A stretch of DNA of 64,000 bases from Fimbriosthenelais zetlandica. Lineage: Eukaryota. The stretch is taken from contig OZ365110.1 in assembly GCA_977030845.1 (NCBI GenBank), positions 18,228,001 to 18,292,000 on the forward strand, in the 5' to 3' direction. Positions 38,482 through 51,600 of the stretch are shown piece by piece (the first letter of the stretch is position 1; each line of letters opens with the position of its first letter). A program made the translations under genes and the position numbers. The notes beneath the pieces were generated by a model that did not search any database, had not been told where the DNA came from, and worked only from the letters and a program-made list of their open reading frames with translations.

Positions 38482-41135
38482 ATGCTTTCCATGTACTCTC
38501 CACCCACAACACACAAGGAACTCTCCAACAAATTTGAAAAAACTTCTTTGAAGGACGAAAATGAGGTGAGTAACAAACTTATTTCTCCTGCGGCTGGGCT
38601 AGGGAGTAGGCAGTAAGCCCAAGGTAGCTAAACTCCTTCAAGGCTTCTCTCCACTAAGTTTTATCTGGGAAATTTCTTTCAATTCGCAGGCTCCTTCCAT
38701 CACTAAATCTTCACAAAAGAAAGTTCTCGGCGTAAGTCAAGATTCGGTAAGTAGATCTATTTGTAAATATTTTGGTTTTCTTCCTAAAATTAATGCTTTG
38801 TTGGTTACCAAACAGGTTCTGCTACCTGGGTGCAGTACTAGATTTTTTACTAGAGCCTCTTACTAGCCTAGATCTAACTAAATAAATCTAGGCATAGACT
38901 AGTCAAGTATTAATTTAATTAAAAATGTTCCTTTTCAGAATATCTTGAAAAAACCGGTATCTTCGGTAAGTAAAGACTAAATAGATCTCTAGTCACATTT
39001 AGCGGGAAGTTGGTTGCACTGAATGAACTTTGTCTTTGGCTATTGTTTGTTGAAAATCTCGTTCGCCTATAGGCCTAGAGTAGAGGCCTAGTCCGGCTTC
39101 TGTTTATTACTGAAACTTGAAAGTAAATATTTTCTCATAATACTGGGCATATTCTTTACTTCCTGTCGTCGGTTATACTTATAGACTGGTTAATATAATA
39201 GTTGCGTGGCCATGGGTTTCATAACAAGTGAGACGTCATGGTTGATTGAACTTGTTTCATAACATGAAGCATGGCCTACTTAGATGAACACAAGGATGGA
39301 CATATCCTGAAAGATCTCTACAACTATTTTTAAAAGGTGCATGCAAAGGCCGATAAATTACTGGCACTGCATGGGAATTTGGCTTCTATTTTACATAAAT
39401 GATAAATCGATGAAATCTCAAATCCTTAATTAGTTTATTTCTCTTCATTTCCAGAACAAAGCAGAGAGTAAAGTAGAACTACAAGAGGAACCTTTGTTGA
39501 AAGAGAACCCCAGGCGTTTTGTCGTCTTCCCAATCCAGTACCATGATATCTGGCAGATGTATAAAAAGGCAGAGGCTTCCTTCTGGACAGCTGAAGAAGT
39601 CGATTTATCGAAGGACTTGGGCCACTGGGAATCACTGAAGAAAGACGAGCAACATTTCATTTCTCACATCCTCGCCTTTTTCGCTGCTTCTGATGGAATT
39701 GTCAATGAAAATTTGGTATGTATAATTTCACTCCCTTTATCTACTCTTTACAAGCACCTAATAAGATTTTCGTACACAATACATATTCTAAATTTCTAAT
39801 TTTCATGAGAATCCTTTTTTTGTTTAGGTCGAACGATTCAGCAAAGAGGTGCAATCAACAGAGGCCCGCTGTTTCTATGGTTTCCAAATAGCCATTGAGA
39901 ACATACACTCTGAAATGTACAGCCTACTCATCGATACTTATATCAAGGACTCGGAAGAAAGGTGGGGTGAAAAAAATTGACTATTTTCCATACAAAATTT
40001 ATACTGGCACAACTAATAGCTCGTTTTGGACAGATTTTTGCATTCAAGTGCGGACCCGTCTCTTTACTTGGGTTGTCAAATTACAATAGAAATCCTTTAA
40101 ATTATAATGTGTATCTACGTCCTTTCAGAGAGTACCTCTTCAACGCCATAGAGACGATGCCTTGTGTAAAGAAAAAGGCTGACTGGGCAATGAAATGGAT
40201 CAACTCTCAGAAAGCTTCTTATGCTGAACGAGTGGTGGCCTTCGCTTCTGTGGAAGGCATCTTCTTCTCCGGCTCTTTTGCTGCCATCTTCTGGCTGAAG
40301 AAACGAGGCATCATGCCAGGTCTGACTTTCAGCAACGAGCTCATCTCCAGAGATGAGGTAAACTTGAAAATTGTATAATTTGCTCATAGAGAGAAATTAA
40401 TGAAAATAGTCATATATTGACCTGAAGTGTGTAAATTTGCCAGTGGTCAGATTCCAGATTTTAAGAATTTAGAACTTTCAAGTTATTCCAAAATTAGTTC
40501 TCGACAGATCCTGAATATGGTCTTGGTCTAGATTTTATATATGCAGGTACCCGGTACCGGTAATGTAAGAGTTTGCAAATAATTTTTGAATGTTAATAAT
40601 TGTTGCATTTAATAATTTCATGAAATGGACATTTCTTTACCTTTCAGGGTCTTCACACAGACTTTGCATGCCTCATGTACTCACATCTTGTGAACAAGTT
40701 GACGCAGGATCGTATCTATGGGATAGTGACAGACGCTGTGGCGATTGAGCAGGAGTTTCTCACCGACGCCCTCCCCTGTAATCTTATTGGCATGAACTGT
40801 GATCTCATGAAGAAATACATTGAGTTTGTGGCTGACCGTCTCCTAGTGGAACTTGGATGCGAAAAGGTAAATAATTATTGAATAAAATTATAAAAATTTC
40901 GCATGATTTTAGTAATGCCATTGAATTTAGTTATAACTAGAAGTCCCGCTTCATTTTGTGTTATTCTTCTTTGCAGTACTACAAATCTGAGAATCCATTT
41001 GACTTCATGGACAACATTTCCCTGGAGGGTAAGACAAACTTCTTCGAGAAGCGAGTCGGGGACTACCAAAAGCTTGGTGTCATGGGGCAAACGGCTGGGA
41101 AGAAGCACGAGTTCACATTAGACGCCGACTTTTAG
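38482..41135 (+). CDS. RRM2: Ribonucleoside-diphosphate reductase small subunit, 8 exons, 389 aa
   Basis: Exons 38482-38565, 38690-38746, 38939-38965, 39455-39715, 39828-39961, 40129-40357, 40648-40866, 40977-41135. Motifs [64 protein letters not shown]-terminal FTLDADF*. Confidence 0.98.
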
Positions 41136-41879
41136 GACCCATAATGATCTCATAATTGTAGATAATTGAATGTGGCAAGATGCTCTTGATTAAGTTATTT
41201 TGGCTTGTGCATATGTAAACTACTAGCACCTCGAGCAGAAGGCCACCATTACACCATATCATGTACAGTGCCCTAATTCATGTGTATGCCAAACCCATTT
41301 TTATCTAAATGAATTTCATAATGAGGTGATCACATAATTTAGCATCTAAAGTTTTTAGAATATTTTTTTATCTTAGATTTTGGTTGATTTTCTGAAAGTA
41401 GATTTATTTTTATGTCCAATTTATACAAAAACAGATGATATGCTGTAAAAAGAAAAAAAAACTTTACCTTTTAAGATTGTAATTTTACTGTATATTTTGT
41501 GCAATAATAATTTTAAGAACAAATTATTTAGTTTTGTCTTTATTCCTGCCTGACCCCTTGTCAACTCAAAGAACCGGGTATTGAATTTCAGGTGTTAGGC
41601 GCAGCGCAAGGTCTGCATGCATTTTATCGGGACGTGGGCAAAGTTAATGGATAAATCCCATCGGAAGCTGGAATTTTGGCACCCCCTTCAGTACAAGGAT
41701 ATGCTTCTAATGTGGTTTTGTACAAAATTATCAGTAATAAATGACCACCGATCACCGGGCTTTGCTTTCTGTACCCGATTGCTCTATTGAAGCTATAGTA
41801 GATCCTGTACTTGTCCCCTCCGTTGGTTTCGCTCTATTCGTATTTCTGGTCACTAATTTTGCTGGCGACCTCTGCTCGT

Positions 41880-42863
41880 TCAATCCCGTTGATTGTTGGT
41901 TGGCGGCGAGGTGCCTTTCATGTCTGCTCTCCGCTTGCTCCTGAATTTCTGGAGGTGGATTAGCTCTCCAAAGACAATGACGAGAATCACTGATGCCAGT
42001 ACTGAGCTGCTCAGATACATGCCAAATGACCAGCCAAATTTGACGCCCGCTAATTCTGATTTCGCTGATTGTACTGCAAAAATTACAACTGCTAGTATGC
42101 CAAAAATATCTGAAAGGCAAGAAAATATGATTCGATTTAGTTTTACTCTCGTTGGTTAGACCTAGTTGTATATATAAAAAAAAAAAGTTGTAAATCGAGG
42201 CCTACCTGAAAACGTAATACAGACGAAGGTGAAAAAAATGGGCATAAGGGAATGTCTCATTGCACGGTCCCCAAACACATACAGTGAGACCAGTGTTGAC
42301 GCCAGAAATATTCCAAAAAGGGAGATGATTAATAGTGCCCTCCACGCTCCCACCCATCCTGTCTTTAATCCTGAAACAGATTTATGCATATCAATCCAGA
42401 TGTTAATCCGTAATGTGACTTGACTAGGCCTAAAAATATTTAGTTCATATTATTTGTAGTATATCATGGTTACACTAAATAATATATCCTTTTGATATAT
42501 AGGGCCTCACATGGTAGAAAATTAGTTGTACCATCTGATATGAATGCAGCTGTATCCATGCAAGACTTGTCGGTCAGGGAAGTTTCACAGGCTATCCATG
42601 GCCCAGCATGTACAGTCGTGTTTTCTCCATACTAAAAAATGAATAGTGAATCCAGAACTATTAGAAAAATGGGCATCCAACTAGAATAATAATCGCCACA
42701 TAATATAGTTTTGATTCGTCAAAGAACGACTTTACCTGCCCCGCAGACCAATATGGTACTGAGAAGGGAATGATGTTGAAGAGGAAGGCAATGATAGATA
42801 TGGGCCATGATACACGGCCCAGTGTAGGGGCTGTATGCCCATCTCTTATTGGCTGAAAGTTTC
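41880..42863 (-). CDS. Claudin/PMP22/EMP-like tetraspan membrane protein (start codon not located)
   Basis: Exons 42863-42736, 42631-42532, 42370-42206, 42109-41880 are in frame: TM1 ...IIAFLFNIIPFSVPYW, ECL1 HAGPWIAC...C, TM2, TM3, and FGWSF before TM4. Confidence 0.8.
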
Positions 42864-43767
42864 CTGGTAAATTACTGAAATTCAATGAATTGTATTAAAC
42901 ATAATTATATTTTCGAATTGACTTGGAGATTTAGGCCTATGCAACAGCCGACAGTTCCGAAAGAATATTCGGCTTATGCCTCTTGTAATTCTAGGCTCAG
43001 GTAAACTGGGCCCAACAGTATCCATTTTTCGCTTGAAAAAAGGTGATAATGGAGTTCGGCCTACCTTGATGGCATTTCTTACGATGGTTGATAAGCGATC
43101 GGCTATATGATTAATATGTAAATGATTTCCGGTGGAACACTTATACTTTAGCTGATGCGCGAAAACGAGGGGTTTCTCGATTCTGAGTTGTAAGCAAATA
43201 TTATTGGTAAAGACGCTGAGTTAGCATTAAACCTCATATAGAATTATCTCTGGGCATGATAACCATGCATGTTTACTGGCAACGGCCAAAGTCCATTTGT
43301 ACGAAAGCCTAAAGTATAATGCTGCATCTATTAACCTACTGTTTGGAATACATGTAGGCTTACATGTAGGCTATATTAATAATTTAAAGGTCAAGGGTTA
43401 GGCCTACATCATTATCATTTCTAAGATGTAGGCCTACGGAGCTCTCTGAGGAAGTGCCACTATGATGTAGATTAATTACACATTTACTTTTTCTTACCTT
43501 ATGAGAACCAATATTATTCAAAACCAATATTAGCCATAGACTTAGCATTGCTAATATTCGTTTGGAGACAGGCCTAACCCTCAGCCAATCGCGTCCATCT
43601 CAGCAAAAAAAATCCCTTATGAGAAAACGAAAGTATTGATAATATTTTTTCTATTCGTGGTGTGTAGGCCTACTCCATGAATAGGCCTAACCATACATGG
43701 GGCCGTCCGTATATAATATCATAGTAGGCCTACGTCGAAAACAGCGTCGAAAAAAATAATGTTGAAT

Positions 43768-43970
43768 CAGGGGCGGATCATGCAGGATTTTTCAAAGGGG
43801 TGGGGTGGTGGGGGAGGGGCGGGGGGGGGGGGGGGCGGAGAGGGAGGGGGCCGAGTAGCATTTACCCTATAGGGTTTGTGTTAGCCCTAGGCTTACCCAT
43901 AGGGTTAGGTTCAAGGTTAACCCTCAAGAAATAGGCGCCTCCTGCGCCCCCTCCCCCTAATCCGCACCTG
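43768..43970. mobile_element. ~200-bp MITE-like element with G-rich interior
   Basis: Terminal inverted repeats CAGGGGCGGAT / ATCCGCACCTG; no clean target-site duplication. A shorter relative lies at 49276-49351 (CAATGGCGGATCTC...GAGATTTGCCCCTG). Confidence 0.55.
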
Positions 43971-45671
43971 CGAATGAGGTGTTCACACCAAGGAATTACT
44001 GTATAAATCCAGACCACAGAAGAAAAATGTCAACTTGATAGCTGTAATAGGCTATAGTGTAGCATAATAGATCTAGGCCTATAGAGTTCTATGACTTTAT
44101 CATCTGCGCATGAGAGATCCTCGCGCGTCACAATTATCTCACCTTGCCAAATTAATATAGTCAGCATTTTATTTTTCTATAAGCCTCGCTATGTATTAAA
44201 ACGTCAGCATCTCTACCCCCACCCCCATTCATTCTTTTGTGTAGCGTCTCCCATGCCTGGATAACATCAAGACTACAAGGACTTGAGATAGGTAAAGTCT
44301 CATTTCCGAATGAGGAACACATAGACAAATACCTACCGTATTTTAAAGTCTATTTTAAATTTGGGGCCTGATAAATATTTATCTTCGGTTTCTAGTTCTT
44401 CTTTATACTACAATCTCCCATTCATATAACTACTGTTATAGGACAAGAAACCCGCGGTTTGGCCAGTATCTGAGAATTTTATGTAATTGTAAGTATATTT
44501 TCCCACCTTTTCTCAAGTCTTTGCTCACACCAGTATACTTATAATTATAGGCTAAAAGAATTATTTAGTTATTAATTGTACCAGGTATTGTTAATTGCAT
44601 TTTCAATTTTCTCCATCATCTAGAACCTGACATTATATATTCGTATTATTATTAAAATATATCCGATTGTTTTTGTTTTTAATATAGGCCTACATATTTG
44701 CAATAAGAGAAGCAGAACTCGGCCTTGATGATTTACAATTTTTAAAGCAATAGGCCTTTCCGGATATGAAACATATAGTCCTATACATCCGCATCACGGA
44801 ACTTATTTTTCATCCTGCACGAGATTTCTTGTTGTTCCGCTCCCTTGAATGTTTATTGTTTTCCTGTTATATTATAATAATCAGTTGTAATTTTTGCATA
44901 ATAATTACATGCACGCTATAATATTATGCGCCAATGAAATGCATGTTCTCTAATCATGAAGTACGAGGTAGACCATTGCCTTTTGTTATTCGTACTTTTT
45001 ATATTTCTTTTCTTCTTTCCTATGCGGCCCATCCCATACATAAGGTAACCTTTAGTGGAAAACACCGGAGATGCATGCCTAGCTTTGGCAACATTACTTA
45101 ATAATTTAATTGATTCATCGTGGATTGTAACGTGCCGGGTATATAAATAGACAATTTTCTTTAAATTAAGAGTATCCAAAGCGCACGGAGGGAAGATATA
45201 TAGGTAGGCCGCATTTTTCTGTTCTCGGGAAAACCGTTAATTTAGAGGCCTAGATATACTATATCCACGGGAAGGCCTACCTGTATGCTAGGTCTACTCC
45301 ATATTTCAAAGATGTGGCCTATATTAATTAGGCATATTATTGATGTCATAATAATATTCGTTGTCATCTGAATTCTCCAGCTTCCAACAGATCGATATAT
45401 CCTATTAATCGGCAAAATTATTGGGCCCTAAAATTAATATTAATATTAAATCCATATTAATAGGTTTGTATCTGCAGATCGAAGGATTTTGGAAAATCCT
45501 TTCCAGTATACGGATTTTTAAAAATACGGATTGTGTTCACATAAAGAATGCAGTAAATGAAAACTTATATGAAAAACAAATCCATCCAGTGTTAGACATA
45601 GATCTATTTTTATTTTCTATTTTGACCTGAATTACATTAACAAATTCCAATTTCTTACAGGAGATCTCAAA

Positions 45672-48316
45672 ATGAGCTCGTGTCGTTACTTTGTTATTCG
45701 TAACCAGCTGTCAAACTTGCTGCTAGAAGTGAATGACAGTACAATCTCCTCAGGAACACCATTAAAACTGAGAAAAGAAGCCAAACCCGTGAAAGATTCT
45801 CAGCTCTTCTGGGAGGATAATGTTACTGGTACAATTAGGACTAAGAAGAACGACATGTGCATCGATGTATATGGTGAGATAGATATTATACATTTTATTA
45901 CTTAGGCCCATATAATATTATTTTCAGATTCAGATCCCTTGCTCATTTTTATTTGTGTAGTAAAAGCCTTTTAAAATAGTCTTGAAAAGCTATGGCCATA
46001 GTCATTTTAAAAGAAGGCGGTCTAAATATTTTGTTTCGACTTTACTTCTGATTGTAGGAAATTTAGCTGTGGTAGGGAATTATATAAATGGAAACCCAAA
46101 CCAACAATGGGTTATAGCTGGAAGCAGGCTGCAGAACCGCATTAACCCGGGTTGGGTATTGATGCAAGAGAGGACAGAATCTGATACTCTCAGTAACTAC
46201 TCTCAGAAGGTCATTGCTGGTATCTGTACTTTAGATTCGGCCAACCTGCATTGGACTGTTGACGTACCGTAAGTAATATTAGACAGAATGTAACTGTAGG
46301 CCCTAAGCCTATAATATTAGATTTCCTTCAAAATGGATACACCAATATTTCAGGAATGGATAAATAGGCTACATATATGTATATTCAATATTATAATAAT
46401 ATAAAAATAATTCTTATTTTTGGCACTGCTTGATAATATTTTCTTTTTATATTTCTCTTGTTTCTTTGAATTGAATTTTCGTTTTATATTCTAACAGATT
46501 TCTTACATGCTATTTTATCATTGAAAATTCAGACAGCCAGAATTTTTCCGCATCAAAAACAAGAAAACGGGCTTGTACCTTGTGCAGCATGGCATTGACC
46601 AGGTGGGGCTGGTAGATGAGAGGAGATGCCTTCAGATGATGTCTAAAGCTCTGTGGTATGAGCATAATAATGGTGCCCTGCTCTCACGAAGTAATAATTT
46701 TGTCCTTACCTCAAAAGGTAAGCAATAATATAAAAATAAAGCTGTCAATATACTTTCATTGAAAAATGTTTTAAAAATCCCTAAACAAGCTATGTAGGCG
46801 ATAAAACACGACAGCCCTGGCTGAGGGACCCAGCCCAGCATATAGAAGGCCGAGCCCGGAGGGCGAGGCCTTCTATACGCTGGGCTGGGGCCCGAAGCCT
46901 GGGCTGGAGTGTTTTATTGCCTTTAGTACACGGTACTGACTATTTTCTATCTGAATATGTCTTTATTTATTAAATTTATACCCATTTTATATGAATAAAT
47001 CGTATATTTGTCCATTTCCCTGCTATATTGCCAATTGACCCCATAGTTGTAATCCTATTGTGTGTGCCTTGGACCAATCTAATTATATGCTTCAAGCCAT
47101 AAGCTACCGATCCAACTGCATTGGTCAATTGACTTAGATTTATGTAATACTGTAAAAATAACACGCGACCCAAGTAAGGTCACGACCACTCCTCCACCAG
47201 TCACTACCACTTCTCTGCTAGTTCTTCAAAAACAATCTTGCTCATTCAATCATACTAGGCCTATAGCTGTAATGCCTCTCTCATTTTACCGTTTAAAGTG
47301 TCCAGGCGGCGTGGCCACAAGCATAGCGTGTGGGACTGCCAACCTGGCGGCCCGGGTTCATTTCCCATACTTGTCTTTCTTTTTCAATGTATTTTTTTTT
47401 TAATTAGAATATTCATACAGCCAAATTTAGAGGAGTTTGCTAGGTTCACGGGGCAAATGTATATATTACCAGTCATGATTTTCAGCCTAGGGTTGTGTTA
47501 GTACAGGAACTTAAGCTAAGATGAGATGAAAGGAGTGCAGTGATAGAGAGAGGAGAGGAGAAAGAGACAGATTAATAAGGTAAAGAATGAAATATAATAT
47601 ATCTGTAAACACACATATATTATATATACACAATATTATGCAGCATAGGCGAAAGTGTTATTGGAGTATGTTTTTGTAGGTGTGAGGCTGTGCTAGGCTT
47701 GATATTGCTACTTCTTTATTTACAAACAACAATCCAATCCTATAGAGACGCGTCTCTATACAGACCCTAGACATTTCTATAGCATTTAGTAATTGGTCTA
47801 TACGTAAACAAAAACCCACAACCGTGTACTAAATATTTTTAGAACCGTTAAGCATCATATTGTGGTAAAATCTGTCCAAACTAAGTTGGACCGAAACCAC
47901 CATAAAAATGCACTGTGGTTTCGGTCCAACTTAGTTTGGACATCCTGTGTAATTATCTGTTTTGAGTAGGTTTATTACATGTAACATGTAGCTTGGCCTA
48001 TTGATGTATTTTATCAAATACTTAAATACTATATTCTACAAAACTATGTAATATTATGTTGCTGAATATAATTATAAATCTTATTTTTAAAGGAGAAGAA
48101 ATCGTTCTAGAATGTCCGAAAGGATTATCTCATTTGGACAAACACTGGTTTCGTCGGGACGATCGTGTCGTTTGGTCTATAGATAATGACGTTCTGCTAG
48201 ACGTACTTCCTGCCCAACACACCTATCACGCTGCATGTGCGCGGGTCATGAGCATGTCCGACACACAAAAGTGGACCTTTGAACCCTTCAAAGTAACCCA
48301 TGAACAAGTTACGTAA
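45672..48316 (+). CDS. Tandem ricin-B (beta-trefoil) lectin-like protein, 4 exons, ~273 aa, no signal peptide
   Basis: Exons 45672-45873, 46058-46268, 46533-46717, 48093-48316 are in frame. Domain 1 (YFVIRNQLSNLLLEV...DSQLFWED..TGTIRTK.NDMCIDV...NPNQQWVI) resembles annelid EW29-type lectins. Domain 2 (FFRIKNKKTGLYL...LWYEHNNGALLS..NNFVL...QKWTFE) is divergent. Confidence 0.78.
46796..46922. mobile_element. Palindromic MITE-like element in lectin intron 3
   Basis: AGGCGATAAAACAC...CCCAGCCCAGCATATAGAAGGCC-loop-GGCCTTCTATACGCTGGGCTGGG...GTGTTTTATTGCCT; almost the whole element folds back on itself. Confidence 0.7.
47305..47366 (+). pseudogene. Degenerate tRNA-like sequence (tRNA-Gly(GCC)-like or SINE head)
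   Basis: GACTGCCAACCTGGCGGCCCGGGTTCATTTCCC resembles the anticodon and T arms of tRNA-Gly(GCC). The D arm is degenerate and there is no acceptor stem. Confidence 0.4.
47873..47942. repeat. Perfect 28-bp inverted repeat with 14-nt loop
   Basis: TGTCCAAACTAAGTTGGACCGAAACCAC-cataaaaatgcact-GTGGTTTCGGTCCAACTTAGTTTGGACA. Confidence 0.9.
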
Positions 48317-48662
48317 TGTATGAAGTTTTATTTTAAAAAGAAAATCTTCCAACACTGTCAAAACTGCATGTAGTAAGAAACTTGCCAATATTGCCTTCAA
48401 TGATACAATGATAACTTCATAGGCCTAGGCCCCCTATATACCTAGGCTATATCGATTTGATTTTATTGATCATGTTAACATGCCTGTCTATGGTTTATGA
48501 ATTGGCATAATTATTAACATTGTCATATTGAAATTAATGTACTTAAAGTATCAGCCTTAAATAATCGAGTTAAAAACCAGTCATAGTTGTTCATTGATTT
48601 CAATACCGCATTCAAAGCCTGAACCAAGGCTTATGCCGTCCGTATTATAGACTGAATGAAAA

Positions 48663-51600
48663 TCAGTGATCCAGTATAAGGCCTGAAAATTAAAAAAATG
48701 TCTAATAGAGAACATAGTAACATGGAGATAGATTTATAGAGTGCTCGGGAAAAATGTATATAGCTCTCACCTGATATACAAGCAGTCATAAACGACGCCA
48801 TATTGCCTGCAACCAAAGCCCTGACGGCAACATTTGCCAAGTCAGCCTTCCTGTCTGGTGCTATGGCTCCCATCGCACCAATATTCATACCAATGGATCC
48901 AAAGTTGGCAAAGTTACACACTGCATATGTTACTATCGTCTCACTTCTTTTCTAGAAGGAAAAAACAAATTCTGATAGACTAGTCAGTGCATGGTTTCAG
49001 GAAATTAGGGAGATGAAAATGTATATTTTATAAACCGAGAAAAAAGGTTTCACCTACAGATATAGTGGGAGAAAGTCCCATTTTCCTGTTACTGATCAAG
49101 TTTGCCAACTCTATGAAAGAGAAAAATGAATTGATGATGACTGCTGAGGCAATCATCTGGCCCACTTGCTCACAATCTTGCCATTCTACTCCAAGGAGGA
49201 AAGCTATAGGCCAGAGTAGGAACCCACAGACACGCTGTAAAGTAAGATAAACAGTTTGGAGTGATCAACAGTTTGCAATGGCGGATCTCAGGGTGACGAT
49301 CTTAATTTTTCACTCTAATATAAAATACACCTCTCCTGAGATTTGCCCCTGTGTCCTGCTCGTGGATGTTTTTATATATTGTTTATAAGCTTTTATATAT
49401 TAAAAAAATATTATGTTTAAAGTCTATTTAAATTTGACAATAGTCAATGATTAAATCAAAAGGTTTTACATAAAGATTGTACCTGAAAGGTAATTCCATG
49501 TAAACCAACTCTATCACCAAACCACGATAAAGTCTTGTTAAGGAATTCTACAACTGCAGTGAATGAGAGAAGATTGACCATGATGTACCCAACGACAGGA
49601 ATGCACTCAGAAGCTCCTGCAGACGCTGCCTCAATGATATTCTTTTCTTTTCTATATAAATTAGAATCTTTGGAATGCAATTTTAATAGTTGTCATCACA
49701 ACATATGGCAAAGATGATGCGCCGACGTCTTTTTTAGGTCGACATTTTATTGGTGCATGTGTAGCCTATTCAATGCAAAGAGATATCACAAGAATTGAAA
49801 TTAATACACCTATCTTGAAAAGAAGTGATAAAGTGACGCGGACGGTGATGCTGAACATGATTAGGCCTACTGAAGTTACATGTGATTAGAATTTACAGTT
49901 CCAACTTCTTTTTTGGATACCAGACTCACTGTCTGCTCACCTCTTTTTGAATATGACGTCATCAGCTTTGGCTACGACACTTGATTCCACTTCTGGAAGG
50001 AGAACACGTGAAATGGCGAGGGCTGCTGGAGCAGACATGACAGATGCTGTGAGCAGGTGACTTGGAGAAACCTGCAGGAAACAAGAGAACCCGCAACATT
50101 TTATTGTGCATGTGTTTTAAATAATAATTCCCATTATTTATATGGGCATCCACAATATATGGTTCACAAGCTCCTGTACGTACCCCGAATGATATATACA
50201 TGGCAAGAACAGCTCCTGATATGGTTGAAAATCCACAGCTTAACACAGAATGCAATTCAGCTTTGGTCATTTTTGAGAGGAGAGGACCAATAGTCAATAC
50301 TGACTCAGTCTGGAAAAAATCGTTCTTATTTTGGTCTCGGCTTAAATTAGTGTCCCATGAATATCTTTTTTATATATGGATGTAATTAATTAAAATGAAG
50401 ATCTAATAACTCACAGGGCCAAGGAAAATGTTCGAAGCGGCTACAAATGATTCAACAGCTCCGGTTCCCATCACCATTTGTATTGCTTTGCCAATGCCTC
50501 GAATGGCGACTTGAATAATGCCATAATAATAGAGAATGGCATTCACAGCACCAAAATATATAGCCACAGGCATCGACTGATAATGAAATTTACAACAAAA
50601 AAAACAAGATATAATACAAACATTTGTATTGAAATAAATACCAGTGAGCTTACAGAAAAACAAACTTGGTTTTGTGTATTGAGGGCCTTAGTGATAATCG
50701 GATAGCTCACTTGCATTGCCATTGAATGGTCGAGAAAGGACTCTCCGAATACAAACTCAGCACCAATGTCTGAATAGGACAAGAAGGATGCCACTTGCTT
50801 CCCAAGCCAGCCGAGGGCCGCGAAGCCAGCATCCCAGCGCAAGATAATTAAGCCAAGGGTCATCTGTGTAGCGATGCCGTCCAAGACATTCTTCCATCGT
50901 ATCTTAATTACCGCCATTAATTAAAACTCAATGTAGCTCCAATGTAACCCAGAACAAAATATCTATAATTTTCATGTAAATATTTTCAACTTAAAATTGA
51001 AATAGATTTATACTCACTTTAGATGGGTGTGCTGATAAAACAAATGCTATAAACACTATGAATATCAATCCCACTCCCGAAATTAGCCGATTTGGCGTAT
51101 CCTTTGTTAGAGCATCAATGAGCACGAAAATCACAAACCCGAAAACAATCATCGGGGCGAGGAACCTATAATTGGATATTGAGAATAATTATTAAATTGT
51201 AAAGCCTGTGTATGGGGTTTCTCGGTGAGTCTCGGCAGGAATAGGGCGAGGTTTTGGGTTGCTGGTTGACGGGTGGCCTATAGCAAAGATATAGTCGACT
51301 ATTTTTTAGAAAAAGATAAACAAAAATATGTACAAATTTAAGGTTAATGTACATATAGAATCTTTGGGAATAGGTTGATGAGAGTATCATTCACTTACCT
51401 CCCTATAATTATCTTCAAGCTTTTAAATCCATAAGTTATGCATCTTGCCGGCCTACATACATGCAGAATATCTTGGTTGTAATAAAATATATAAATTATC
51501 ATGGCAACTATACCAAATACAGTTAGTATCATGAGGACTGGATTGTTAGAAAAATCGAAGTACAAAGCATATACATAGTAAACAGCATATGCCAAGATGA

